From Squalus acanthias (taxonomy: Eukaryota), in assembly GCA_030390025.1 (NCBI GenBank), contig CM059433.1, forward strand, positions 11,348,001 through 11,412,000: a stretch of 64,000 nucleotides of DNA. The letters are read 5' to 3'. Each line of letters opens with the position of its first letter. The stretch's first letter is position 1. Below, in pieces: positions 1-12,036 of the stretch. The position numbers and the translations under genes are program-made. The notes beneath the pieces are model-generated. The model was given only the letters and a program-made list of their open reading frames with translations, was not told where the DNA came from and did no database searches.

Positions 1-379
1 AAGCTTAAAAATAGTAACTTAGGGATTTTTATTGGAATTTCCCAGCATCTATCCATGTTTACATTACCTCATAGGGAGTCAGTGCATTACTTCACACTGA
101 CTTCTCAAAAGCCATGAGGAACAGCACCAGTGTCACAGCTGGAGAGAAAAATATAACATTCACCCACTGTGAGCTGCTAACCTTTTACTCATCGATTCAC
201 TGATCTTGCCAAGGTGTGAGCTGACAAGACTGATGAGAACTAAAAGTTGTGCTCTTTTGGTGGGTTTTAATCATTTGGGAGGTCCCGAATATGCTCCTGT
301 ATGCCTCTCCAGTTAGATTGATATTGGAGAGACCTCAAATCAAATTTTTTTTAAATCGAGCCATAAAAAGACTACTGTG

Positions 380-472
380 GGGAATTTCCTCGGAGCTGCT
401 CCCCCTCCGGTGCCATAACTTCACCGGAAATGTGACGGAAAGTCCTTTCACACCAGCACCGAGAAAATTCCC
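380..472. mobile_element. Small MITE-like element with terminal inverted repeats (TIRs)
   Basis: GGGAATTTCCTCGG at 380 and CCGAGAAAATTCCC ending at 472 are near-perfect inverted repeats. Confidence 0.45.
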
Positions 473-582
473 AGACTTTAAAAAAAAAAGTCGGGGCCTT
501 TTTGTTACTAGTTCTTCAACATTCCCAGTGCAGAGCACTAATAGTTACCAAGGTTGTAACATTATCCCATAGGTAGAAGAGA

Positions 583-602
583 ATATATATATATATATAT
601 AT
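583..602. repeat. (TA)n microsatellite
   Basis: Direct reading of the sequence. Confidence 0.95.
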
Positions 603-696
603 GGCCCAGACTTCAAAAAACCAGGTGGGATGTTTGCGACGGTGTTACTGACACTCAACTCCTTAAAACTTAGTAGAAGATAAGATTTGTCATTAT

Positions 697-1166
697 TACA
701 AAAGCAAAATACTGCGGATACTGGAAATCTGAAATAAAAACAGAGAGTGCTGGAAACACTCAGCCGGTCGGGCAGCATCTGTGGAGAGAGAAACAGAGTT
801 ATCGTTTCCTCTCGATGATCCTTCGTCAGAACTGGAAAAAGTTAAAGATGTAACAGGTTTTAAGCAAGTACAGAGGCAGGGAAAGGGGGGAAGGATGGAG
901 AATTAACAAATTACCACCCCATTTTGCCGTACACCATCATACCTTTTGTCATTTAATCTCTCCTGCCTTCCACCCTATCACAGATGTTCCCTTTTGTTCT
1001 TTCCTCCCCTACCCACGTTTCCCTGCTTGCTTAAAACCTGTTACATCTCTAACTTGTTCCAGTTCTGACAAAAGGTCATCGACCTGAAACGTTAATTTTG
1101 TTTTTTCTCTCTCCACAGATGTTGCCTGACCTGCTGAGCATTTCCAGCATTTTCTGTTTTTATTTT
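697..1166. mobile_element. Penelope-like element terminal sequences in inverted arrangement
   Basis: About 731-885 is the reverse complement of about 1015-1166 (aaataaaaacag...gtcagaactgg vs ccagttctgac...ctgtttttattt). Each arm carries a hammerhead-like CTGAnnA...GAAAC motif. Confidence 0.7.
1061..1097 (+). ncRNA. Minimal hammerhead ribozyme-like motif (core G8 mutated: CTGACAA)
   Basis: AGTT-CTGACAA-A-AGGTC-ATC-GACCT-GAAAC-GTT-AATT; stem II AGGTC/GACCT is perfect. Confidence 0.5.
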
Positions 1167-1879
1167 GTCATGATTACCTTCGATGCTGTCTTCAGTGTAA
1201 GAGCTGTGTGCACTCAGTAGAGCAGTCTGTAAATTGAAATGATAGAAGGGAAGAATAAAGAATAAATGATCATACCTTGAGGTCCTACAGTAATTGAGAC
1301 AGCTGAGGTTGTTTGAAAAGGGCTAGCTTTATTTTTCTCGACGCAGAAAAGTTGTCCAAACCTGCTTATATTGCTCCATTGTTGCAGTGATGATATCATC
1401 ACGCCAGGTGCTGTTTGGAAATGTTTCCAGAGGGAGCCTGACAGGTGAGATACACTGCTTTCTCTGATTTCTCAGTGGTGATCGGGTTATGAAGTCATTT
1501 TCCCTGTTTGTGTATTTTTGTCCCCCAATTTTCTCCCTGCCCCCTCTTGATGGTATAGCCTCATGCCAACATGCAGTTCTGCAGAAACAAGACAGATACA
1601 GGTTCATCCTAGTTCATCCATCCAAAAGGGCCTATAGCCCCTCCCAATAAGAAACTCCAGATTTGGAAATCTAATGTTAAAATTTTTTGTTTCTATTTGC
1701 ATTGAGCTCTTTAATGAGCTGCTTTACTTGGATGGCATCTTTCCCAGATTCGCTCTTCCCTGAACTTAAATGACCTGAAGCAACATCTGCTGACATCACA
1801 CTGCTACATGTGACTATTCAAACAGGTCTTTGTATTTTCCAGTGTGCTAAAACCTACAGCGTGCCAGACATGCACAATG

Positions 1880-2120
1880 GGAGAAAGAAAGTGATACATA
1901 GAGGAAGGCGAGAAAGTGTGAGAGAGTAAGAAACATATAGAGTAGGGGAGACAGAGATAAGAGACTTACACAAAGGGAGAGAAAGAGTGAAAAAAAAATC
2001 CTAGACAAACACAAAGATACAGAGACAAGTAAAAGTGTGTGAGGCATACGGAGGGAGGGAAAAATGAGGGTGACAGGAAGAGTGAAAGACCAACAGACAG
2101 AGAGATTGACACAAAAGAAT
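1880..2120. repeat. GA-rich low-complexity / degenerate microsatellite
   Basis: Purine-rich gaga/gaca runs. Confidence 0.8.
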
Positions 2121-2124
2121 TAGA

Positions 2125-2310
2125 GGGGTTAATTTTAACCCCCAAAAATGGGTAGGTTTGGGTCGGGTGGGAAGCTAAAATTAAAAACATTTCAAACCTA
2201 AACCCAACCCGCCTCGAACCCGCCCACTTCCAGTTTTAACGGGGGCGGAACAGAGGGTGGGCGACCAATCTGCTCTCAGAAGACGGGTCCTTCATTTCAA
2301 TACTTTAACA
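2125..2310. mobile_element. Truncated MITE (same family as the 46114 element)
   Basis: ggggttaattttaacc start and cccgcccacttcc.gttttaacgg.gg motif shared with 46114-46270. Confidence 0.6.
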
Positions 2311-2503
2311 TTTTCTGTTTCTCTTTCAGATTTTCATCATCTGCAGCATTTTGGCTTTTTGTTCTGTTTCTTTCTTTTGCGAAACAACAAAAGTATTGCT
2401 TAGCACTGCCAGCATGTCAGTACATCGTTAGAGACTGGCGAAAAGAGAAATTACAGAGTGGTAGAACTCAACTTCAGCAGGGGCGCAAAAACGGGCATAC
2501 TGG

Positions 2504-3964
2504 TGTAAGATTCTCAAAATTCACAGATCCCCCAAAACTCGGAGAAAAACCCTAAAGAAAAGGACTTTGGACTCTTTTCTAACCACTTCAGGGTGATAAA
2601 ATGTATTGGGCCTAACAGAGGGAGATTCAAGGTCAAAAACCAAGATTTGATATTTTAAAAAGGCATGTTTGGGCTTGTAAAGGAAAAGGCTGCAACAGGA
2701 GTTGGGATCAACCTCTGTAATAGACGGTTTGAGTACTGGAGTTAATCAAACTGTCTGGGGAACTGTTTAACGTCACTCAGCCCCTATCAGACAATTTACA
2801 TTCTAACAATAGACCCACGGAAGAGCAGTCCCCACCCAAATTACAGGACCCATCCAAAACATGCATAAAACAAATCACCTAGCCCCACTCCATAGAAATC
2901 TCAGGCCCAGTCAGGAAACTCAAAACCTGAGCACAATGACCACAATCAAGTAAGAGCTCAACAGCTCATGGAACCCTCCCGAAACCACTTCACACATTCA
3001 TGAACAAGTTACTATTGACGAGCCCGCCAAAATCTTACAATAAATCGGGACTGATTTGGCACGCAGATTAGGAGGCCCCAATTAGTATAATTGAGGGCCT
3101 ATTTTCTCAAGAAGGAAGTTCAACGGTTCAGCAGTTACACAGAAGTTCACCAAGTTCTCTTCAAGCTCTGCAATTCTCAGGAGTTCATCGAGTTCGAAGA
3201 AGTTCACCATTCTAGAGGCAGATCAACACCAAGAAGAGACCAGAGCAACAGTTCCAGTGACCATCAGACACCTCGCGGCAACAAGGGCCTTACGAAACAA
3301 CCAACCGAATATTACCACCAACCAACCGGGTAATATTGGGCCACCGCGACCAAAGAAAACCAACTCGGGAGAAAACCGAAGATTCGCAAGTTTTCCACTC
3401 TGCAATCTATTCCTGACTTACCCCTGGGTAAGATTTTTACTTAAAAAGACTCTAAACCCTATCTCTAACAGAAGAAAAGTGGGTACTCACCTGATAAATC
3501 CAATACGCACCCTACCGCATCAGCGGACTCGCGAAGACTGACCAGACACGCAGTCGAAGTCGTCTACCGCGTCCGGGGTACGGCAGGCACCAACCAACAC
3601 ACCCAGCGAACCCCGAAACCGTGAACCAGCTCAACTGTCAAGGATTCGTTTGGTGAGCATTGTCCCTGTCCTCTAGAGCCCAACTTAGCTAGTAAAGTGG
3701 GATTGGGAGGGGTGAGGTATTTTTCTAATGTAATTTCCCTCGTGTATATCGAAGTGTTCCCCATTTTATTAGAGTGTTAAGATTATTGTGTTATATTTTC
3801 TCTCTTGAATAAAGATCAAAGTTTCTTGCACCAAAACCAGTTGTCTGCTGCACTTTTTGTCACAACCCCCAAATAAGTCCAAGGCTCTAGAACCAAGGGA
3901 GTGGGAGCGATTCGAACCGCTCATAAGTCAGAGGTGAAGCTGACACACACCACCACCCCCTACA
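2504..3964 (+). mobile_element. Solo LTR (1461 bp; ERV- or Gypsy-type), inserted in a small MITE
   Basis: Starts TGTA, ends TACA, flanked by CTGG on both sides (2500-2503, 3965-3968). TATAA at 3086, AATAAA at 3808. Flanks rejoin into a sequence similar to the MITE at 52134-52300. Confidence 0.8.
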
Positions 3965-4092
3965 CTGGATCGCCCGCCCAATTTACAGCCCGCCTGACTT
4001 TCCTTTCAATTGTCTTCACCACGTCCAGCCATGAGACTTGATAACACAGAGTGGTAAGTTAGAGACGGATTACAAACTAAAAGGGTATTACG

Positions 4093-4375
4093 TAGAATTT
4101 ACAGCACAGAAACAGGCCATTCGGCCCAACTGGTCGGTGCCGGTGTTTATGCTCCACACGAGCCTCCTGCCACCCTACTTCATCTAACCCCATCAACATA
4201 TCCTTCTATTCTTTACCCTCTCATGTACTTATCTAGCGTTCCCTTAAAGGCATCTGTGCTATTTGCCTCAACTACTCCATGTGGTAGTGAGTTCCATGTT
4301 CTTACCACTCTCTGGGTAAAGAAGTTTCTTCCAAATTCCCCATTGGCTTCACCAGTGACTATTCTACATCCAAAG
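4093..4375 (-). mobile_element. CR1-type LINE 3' fragment
   Basis: ORF remnant RNFFTQRVVRTWNSLP and typical 3' tail. Confidence 0.85.
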
Positions 4376-4970
4376 CCCCAATGTACATTAGACACATCTC
4401 AAATTTATGACTTATACGTTTAATATTTCATATAAGGGTAGAAGTTACTGCTGGCAATAATAGCAGATGAATGCTTAATGTTTTCGTATGACATTCCCCT
4501 GTCCTCTATTTTAACAGAGAGATAAATGGGTCAGTGCTTCCATTAAAATAATGGACAGACTAATGCTAAATGTTCATCCGCTAATATTGCCAACTGTTAA
4601 TTTTACCCTGTAATGAATATAAGGTACGTTGTTGCCTTATTTCTGTGTCTTCATGCCAGGATAAATGAATTGCGTTGATGATGACCTTTCGTTAAAAGAG
4701 AATCAGGGGGCATATTTTCCAGCTGGTAGAATTGGTCCCATTGGGGTGGAATGTGTATGAGGGTTGGGGAATTGGGCAGAGATCCCTTTTGCCGGATCCC
4801 TGCTTGATTATCACAGTCTGCAATTTTCCATTGTGAGGCACAGAAATAGGTTGTAGTGCAATTTCCACACTGTTTAGGCCAGGTTCACGCTGTACATTCT
4901 GCTTTCCCATCAGGAGTGGATGGAAAGGGAAGCTACATGTGTGATGAAGCTCTTACTAGGGCTTTTTTAG

Positions 4971-5416
4971 TGTCAGCTGTGGTATGGTGGTAGCACTCTG
5001 GCCTCTGAGTCAGATGGTTCTGGGCACAAGTCCCACTCCAGAGACTTGAGCGCAAAAACCTAGGCTGACACTCCAGGGCAGTACTGAGGGAGTGTTGCAC
5101 TGTCAGAGGCGCCACTTTTTGGATGAGATGTTAAGCCAAGGCCCCGTCTGCCCTCTCAGGTGGACGTTTGAAGAAGAACAGGGGAGTCCTTCCCTGGTGT
5201 CTTGGCCAGTATTTACCCCTCAACCAACATCACTAAAACAGATTATCTGGTCATTATCACATTGCTGTTTGTGGGAGCTTGCTGTGTGCAAATTGTCTGT
5301 CGCGTTTCCTACATTACAACAGTGACTCCACTTCAAAAGTACTTAATTGGCTGTAAAGCGCTTTGGGACGTCCTGAGCTCATGAAAGCCGTTATATAAAT
5401 GCAAGACTTTCTTTCT
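4971..5416 (+). mobile_element. tRNA-derived Deu-domain SINE (SacSINE1-like)
   Basis: tRNA-like head, Deu core ggatgagatgttaagccaaggccccgtctgccctctcaggtggacg, tail ttatataaatgcaagactttctttc. Confidence 0.85.
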
Positions 5417-5656
5417 ATTTTGTATTTTCTTAATTTAAATTTGTCCTATAGCTTTTTAGGGCTGGCTTTTATTTTTTTGTCACAGAATGTTTTTGCATTT
5501 TGATATTTTTACAACATTTATTTTGGTACCCAAACAGTAGGAAACATGTATATGTAGAAACAAGAGCAGTCAAATACTGTGCAGAATCTTCAGAAATCTG
5601 AATGTAACTGAAAGATTTATAAGTGGTTTTAGTCACCCCTAACTACAATAGTTAAT

Positions 5657-5812
5657 AAGAACATAAGAAATAGGAGCAGGAGTAGGCCATTTGGCTCTTT
5701 GAGCCTGCTCCGCCATTCAATAAGATCATGGCTGATCTTCTACCTCATCTCCACTTTCCTGCACTTATCCCCATATCCCTTGATTCCCTTAAGATTCAAA
5801 AGTCTATCGATC
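5657..5812 (-). mobile_element. CR1 LINE 3' tail
   Basis: taagaacataagaaataggagcaggagtaggcc signature. Confidence 0.85.
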
Positions 5813-6499
5813 TAATGGATAAAGCAGGGCAAGATTTTTTTTAAAAGGCGTGCCATGAAGATCAGCAGACATTAATGCTGGACTACACATACCTGGCATT
5901 ATGCCAAAAACCGTATTTCAAGGTCCCAGAACACCTACCTCACAATGGTTGAGGATAACGTATTTCAGCATCTCCGGGTCAGCATGGAGCCAGTTTGCAC
6001 ATATGCAGCCAAGCTATTCCATAGAGATAATTACTACCGGTGCAGTAAAGGTGACTATTAATTTTGCACCCTACTGGAGTATAGGTATCGGTATAGGAAA
6101 GCAATGAAACAGCTGAAAGGTTGTGTAAGAACTTAGCATAAACCAATTGTAAATGTGTAGAGAGTTGACCTACAACGCTTTGCAGCATGCGTACATAAGC
6201 CTGGTAAATGGCATTGCCGTGTAGCCAAATCTTGGGAGATTCCTTTATGTGCTTGTTCTTCTAGGTTCAGCATGTAGTGCACGCAATGTTGACCCAGGCC
6301 GACACCTCTTGCCTGACATTCTGGACTGCTATCCTCCAGAGAGGGTGCCCCAGAGTGCAAAAAAGAAGACATCCCTTCTTCTACCCACTCAGCAGGACTG
6401 TCACTTTGCCAGCCATCAGCAGGGGGGGTTTAAGGCGTTGGCCCACTCCACCACTTTCACCATTCACTTGATTTTGCCAGACTCTCCTTTTGCTCCAGA

Positions 6500-6672
6500 C
6501 CGTTGGAATCGGAATAACTGATGCATTTAAGGGGAAGCTAGATAAATACATGAGGGTGAAAGGAATAGAAGGTTATGCTGGTAGGGTTAGATGAAGAGGG
6601 GTGCAAGGAGGCTTGTGTGGAGCATAAACTCCGGCACTGTCCAGTTGGCCTGTTTCTGCGCTGTACATTCTA
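6500..6672 (+). mobile_element. CR1-type LINE 3' tail
   Basis: gatgcatttaaggggaagctagataaatacatgaggg matches the 4093-4375 family. Confidence 0.75.
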
Positions 6673-7419
6673 GGCAATTTCTATTTGATTATTTGTGTTC
6701 CAAGAATTGCAACATTTCAACTGAGGACATTTGTTTTTTTTTTATATTCTGTCTTTTTGCACCGAGATCCCTCAGATTTACACACCTTCCTCAACTGAGA
6801 AGTTATAACAAATGCTGTGAAGGACATCCAGTCCCATGATAGCCACCGTATCAGCATGCTGAATGAGACTGTATTTAACTCTCTGTCAAATATGATAATG
6901 TGACCCACTTAAAGTAAATTTCGATAATGAGATTTTAAAATATTTTTGGTTCATGAGGGCAGAAGTTACATCATGAGATGTCTTCACGCTGCGAAATGAG
7001 GTAACCTCACAGACGATAAATATTCTGTTACTGTAATGATTTGATAATAATTAGAGGATAATTAATGAGAATTGGATTCAGCGCCATTTATCATGAGCAA
7101 AAAAGACATGAGTTATGTAGCCTCATATCACAATTGTAATAAACAGGGTATGGACTTTCTCTCTGTCAAGTATGCTGCTTGTACACCCAGATTATTTTCT
7201 TTCTCTTTGCTGCTATGGAATCACGAGACGCAGTCAGCCTTTACGTTGAACTTTCTCGCAGGAATTGATCTTCAGAAGGTTTCACTGTGTAAGGCCATTC
7301 CTTCATGCTTGTGACCTACTTTAGTATGTCTCATTATCAATCTTCCCCATAGAAAAGAAATAATATTTTACTTTTACAGGCAAGTAAATAATTATATCCA
7401 TATATTATATAATATATTA

Positions 7420-8517
7420 GATTGGAGAGAGGATTGGCTAACTAACAGAAAACGGGATAAATGGGTCATTTTCAGGATGGCAATCTGTAACTAGTGGGGT
7501 GCCACAGGGATCAGTGCTGGGGCCTCAATTATTTTCAATCTATATTAATGACTTGGATGAAGGAAGCGAGTGTACTGTAGCCAAATTTGCAGACGGTACA
7601 AAGATAGGTGGGAAAGCAAGTTGTGAGGAGGACAGAGCCTGCAAAGGGAAATAGATAGATTAAGTGAGTGGGCAAGAATTTGGCAGATGGAGTATAATGT
7701 GGGAAAATGTGAAGTTATCCACTTTGGTAGGAAGAATCGAAAAGAAAAATATTATTTAAACGGAGAAAGACTACAGAATGCGGCGGTACAGAGGGATTTG
7801 GGTGTCCTCGTACATGAAACACAAAAAGTTAACATGCAGGTGCAGCAAGTAATTAGGAAGGCAAATGGAATGTTGGCCTTTATTTCAAGGGGGATAGAGT
7901 ATAAAAGTAGGGAAGTCTTGCTACAACTGTGCAGGGGGCTGTTGAGACCACACCTAGAGTACTGTATACAGTTTTGGTTCCCTTATTTAAGGAGGGCTAG
8001 CCTTGCATTGGAGGCAGTTCAGAGAAGGTTCACTAGGTTGATTCCTGGGATGGAAGGGTTGTCTTATGAGGAAAGGTTGAGCAGGTTGGGCCGATACTCA
8101 CTGGAGTTTAGAAGAATGAGAGGTGATCTTATTGAAACATATAAGATTCTGAGGGGGGCTTGACAGGGTAGATGCAGAGAGGATGTTTCCCCTCGTGGGG
8201 GAATCTAAAACGACGTGGCATAGTCTCAGAATAAGGGGTCGCCCATTTAAGACGGAGATGAGGAGGAATTTCTTCTCTCAGATTGTCATGAATCTTTGGA
8301 ATTCTCTACCCCAGAGAGCTGTGGAGGCTGGGTCATTGAATATATTCAAGACTGAGACAGACAGATTTTTGAACAACAGGGGAGTCAAAGGTTATGGGGA
8401 GCGGGCAGGAAAGTGGAGTTGAGGCCAAAATCGGATCAGCCACGATCTCATTAAATGGCGGAGCAGGCTCAAGGAGCCTGAATGGCCTGCTCCTGCTCCT
8501 ATTTCTTATGTTCTTAT
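7420..8517 (+). mobile_element. CR1 LINE, 5'-truncated (RT C-terminus plus 3' UTR)
   Basis: [10 protein letters not shown] and KFADGTK RT motifs, LRPHLEYCIQFW, RRNFFSQ; ends in tatgttctta tail. Confidence 0.95.
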
Positions 8518-9347
8518 ACCTCGTATAATAAAATAGTAATTCTGCATTACAAAATAATGCTGCCATTGTAATGAAATTATCTACTCAAGATTGGATGCTT
8601 CGCAGCAACTATAATGAGATAGCTTAAAATGCCACTGATTTAAAGGGCCCAACTTCACATTTTAATGCAATGTCTGGGTTTAGATTAGCAGTGATGTTTG
8701 CCAGTGACCCAGTTATCAGAAGTAACGTTCTCTGTATACTCTGTGATAGATTGCTGACAGTGGCTCGTGGTTTTTTCTCCTGTCACGTACAGTGCAGAGT
8801 ATTGTCTCCATCTGTGCTCTCCGCAGCTTTCTGTAGTGTTGTACTAACACATGAGATAAGCACAGCTCTCAATTGATGGATTCTGTGTGGGAAAATGCTG
8901 TAGACCAAACTGAGGGTATCTAGTGCAAACAACGCTCATCATGCAAGGGCTCAGGGGGGTCAAATAGATAAAACATGAAACCTGAATTCAACCCGAGTCC
9001 AGGACTACCTGTTTATTTGGTGCTATTAAATATTAATTTCAACAGCGCTGTGTTAAAAAAATGGTAAAGTGCTTATATGGTGAGAAGCCCAAGTTCTTCA
9101 GTTGTACCATGGCAAGAGATTAAAGATAATCACTGAAACCGAGGTCCGAAATTTAACTGGGTTGAACTGAACTAAAATTCTAACTATTTGGAGATTTACC
9201 CCAATTACTTTTAGAGGTCCCTGTCCCCTTAAAATATGTGGTTCGCAGAGCCAGAAGGACACTTCCTCTCTCTCCCCCAACCCCCTCCTCCATGCGAAGT
9301 GGCATTTTCTGCGCTTAGAACTTTCTTTTTACCTCCTTGGATGCTGA

Positions 9348-10087
9348 GGCCGTGATTTCTCCAGCCGTGGCTAGTCCGGTGCGGCTGGAGCAGACAACGG
9401 CCTCAAACTCCGCTCCCGTCTTCATCCCGCCCCCTCCAAGTGATTTTGCCCAGATTGGGCTTGTTAAGCCCGCCCTGCGAGGTTCCCGGCCAATTAAAAG
9501 GAAGCGGGTCTGATGACGTCATCTGATGACGTGTCATCAGCCGGTTTCCTGAAAGGGACCGTGTCCGCATTCATTTTGACAGTTGTGCTGTCAGTGTCCT
9601 ACAGCATTGAGGTGCTGCAAACACTGACAAGCACTGCACAGAGGTGCACGGCTGCACCCAGGCTCTCCCATGACTCCCTCCATGTGCTTATGGAGGGAGT
9701 CACAGCACGCAGGGAGGTTCTCTTCCTTCCAATGGGCAGAAGAGACCTCCCCAGGAGACCAACGCAGCCTGGTTGCACATTGCACAGGAGGACACAAGCA
9801 GGGATGTTGTCAGGAGTACCTGGCTGCAGTGGCGACGTGAACCTCGTGGAAAACTTGGGAAAATGGTTTGTACCTGGTAAAATGCTGATTAAATTGCTTT
9901 AAACACCCTCTTAACTATCTCGATTGCTGCTTAGTGCCGTGTCTGCAAAGCGCAGGCAGAGCCGCACTGGAGAAACTCACAGGGAGGCGGGTTCAGAGTG
10001 GGATACCGCCCCCGCTGTCAATCTTTTTGATTTTGACAGTAGACCCACCTCCGAACCCACCTTCTGAGCGGCGTCAAAATTCAGCCC
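9348..10087 (+). mobile_element. Non-autonomous Harbinger derivative with Myb/SANT fragment
   Basis: AAPRLSHDSLHVLMEGVTARREVLF is homologous to Myb/SANT exon 1 at 23.5 kb. GATGACGTCATC at 9512. Ends aaaattcagccc. Confidence 0.75.
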
Positions 10088-12024
10088 AAGGTGTGGATTT
10101 GGGAGAACCTCCTGACTACCTGAGATAATGATAGTAATTCTTCAATTGGTGGGAGTGGCTGTGATTGTTTCATCACGGTTGTTTGGTGATCTTTGTTCAT
10201 TTTCACTGGCAGTCTATTTGGATGGTGTAGCTTCTGACCTCCTGATGGTATATTGACCAATATATAAATGGCAGTCTAGGGACAGTGTTATAAATGCATA
10301 AAGGTCCTTCTCTGCCTAACTCAGGAAAAAAAAACCATGATCCTTGGATGTCTTGTGAACAGATTCCTGGTCACATTGTGGAGTAGGGCAGTATCTGACG
10401 CCTGTCAATCTACTGACAGTTCTTTTGCTTTTATTCAACTCTTGTACATTGACCCCAGTATCTTTAGGCAAGGCAACACTAGCACGTAGAAATATGCTCA
10501 AAAATCTTTGCATTCGGATGAAGATGGCTCAATTCCGCCCATCAGCTGAGTTCTTCTTGTGTCAGCTGGGTCTCGAGCTACAGTGCCTTGCAATAGTGGA
10601 GTCTTCCACCTCAGGAAAAGAACTGAAAACTGGCAATAGCTAACAGCACCTTGACCCTGGAGCAAGGACTTCCTGTTTCATTGAGAAATAAACTTGGAAG
10701 GTGGTCATGCAAATATACTTGGCATGTGGAGCAAGAAAGTATTTCTAAAATAGTTTTGATGCATACATTTGTTTTGAATATTGGATATAATGTCATTTGA
10801 TTTCCATTTCATCGCACAAGTTATCCAGCCACGCAGGTAAACCTGGATGCTCAATGACTGCAGGCTGTGCATTTAGAACTAGCATTGATTGCTGCCTCAG
10901 CCTCATAGGATGAAGTGAGATCCTAATGACATTTTCTTTGCAGACGCAAAGGTTCAGAGATCTGATGCAGATTGAGTAACAATCACGATAAATATGAAAG
11001 GTTTGGCTCCTAAGCCATCAGAGGGAAGGCACTGAACAGAGGGCAATGATTTCTCCACAGGGAGAGACCAATTTGGAGACTGAGTCAACCTGGGCTGCTT
11101 ACTCAGTAGCATTAGCAAAGATGTAGGATCAGAACATCTTGCTTCTCCCGCTCACCTCTTCCCATTCGGGAATGGCCTTCAGTACAAAGAAGAAATAAAA
11201 AAACGAAAAGAAGAATGGCCACAACCTCCTATTATTAAATGGTTTTGTATGAAGCCTACCATCACAGTGAAGTAAAATATGTTTTAACAGATGCAAAGAG
11301 AATAGTTTTTGCCGCTCTTGACAGATCCCACTGAATTTTTTAGGAGGGGAGGGGACAATAACCAAAAGAGTAAAAGCCTCCTCATATCATTAAGTATTTC
11401 TATTGTCTGATGCAGGCATTGGGGAATATAAAAAAACAGTGAAGCTTTAATTGAAAGTAAGGTATAAATCACTGTCTATTCAAGAGGAAATATTCTTTTA
11501 TCTCCTTTCTCTTATTTTAAACAATGGTTGCAATTTGTAACAGAATCTGCTATTTTCAATGAATCAAATGATCTTCGAACAGTAGTATTGCACAAGTACA
11601 ATTGTACACCATCCTTGCAAAAGTTAAAATCCTATATTCATTGATTCTCAAAGGCAGACACCTTATTAATATTCAGGTGAGGGGATGATGCCACGAGTGA
11701 CACATGAGCATGCTCTTTTTTTTACATCATTCCCACTACCAAGGACTTTAAAAATATTGCCAACCGAGGCAAGAGTAGATCTTTTCACTCCAAATCTTCT
11801 TGGCCTGCATGTGGCCTCTGACCACTGGGGAGATTAAGTAAGTATGATTTTAAAATGTAATTTTAAAATGTATTTTATTTCTGTAATGGATTTTCAAGTC
11901 ATGCTCCATTTCCTGCAGAGGTTTCAAATGTGCTGTAAGGAAACTGGCATCAGAGAGAGACTGCCAATCCCTAAACGTTTCGAAAATTGCTTGGTTTCCT
12001 GCCTCTTGTTTCTTTCTCTCCCAG

Positions 12025-12036
12025 CTACAAAGTGAG
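12025..12036 (+). other. Candidate 12-nt microexon (CTACAAAGTGAG) of an unidentified host gene
   Basis: Polypyrimidine tract plus CAG acceptor, GAG|GTGAGT donor, frame-preserving length, CTAAAC branch-like site at 11971, upstream TGC motifs, repeat-poor surroundings. Confidence 0.5.

Noticed and set aside
4971..5040. tRNA gene
   Set aside because: It is the tRNA-derived head of a SINE, continuing into the Deu core and tail.
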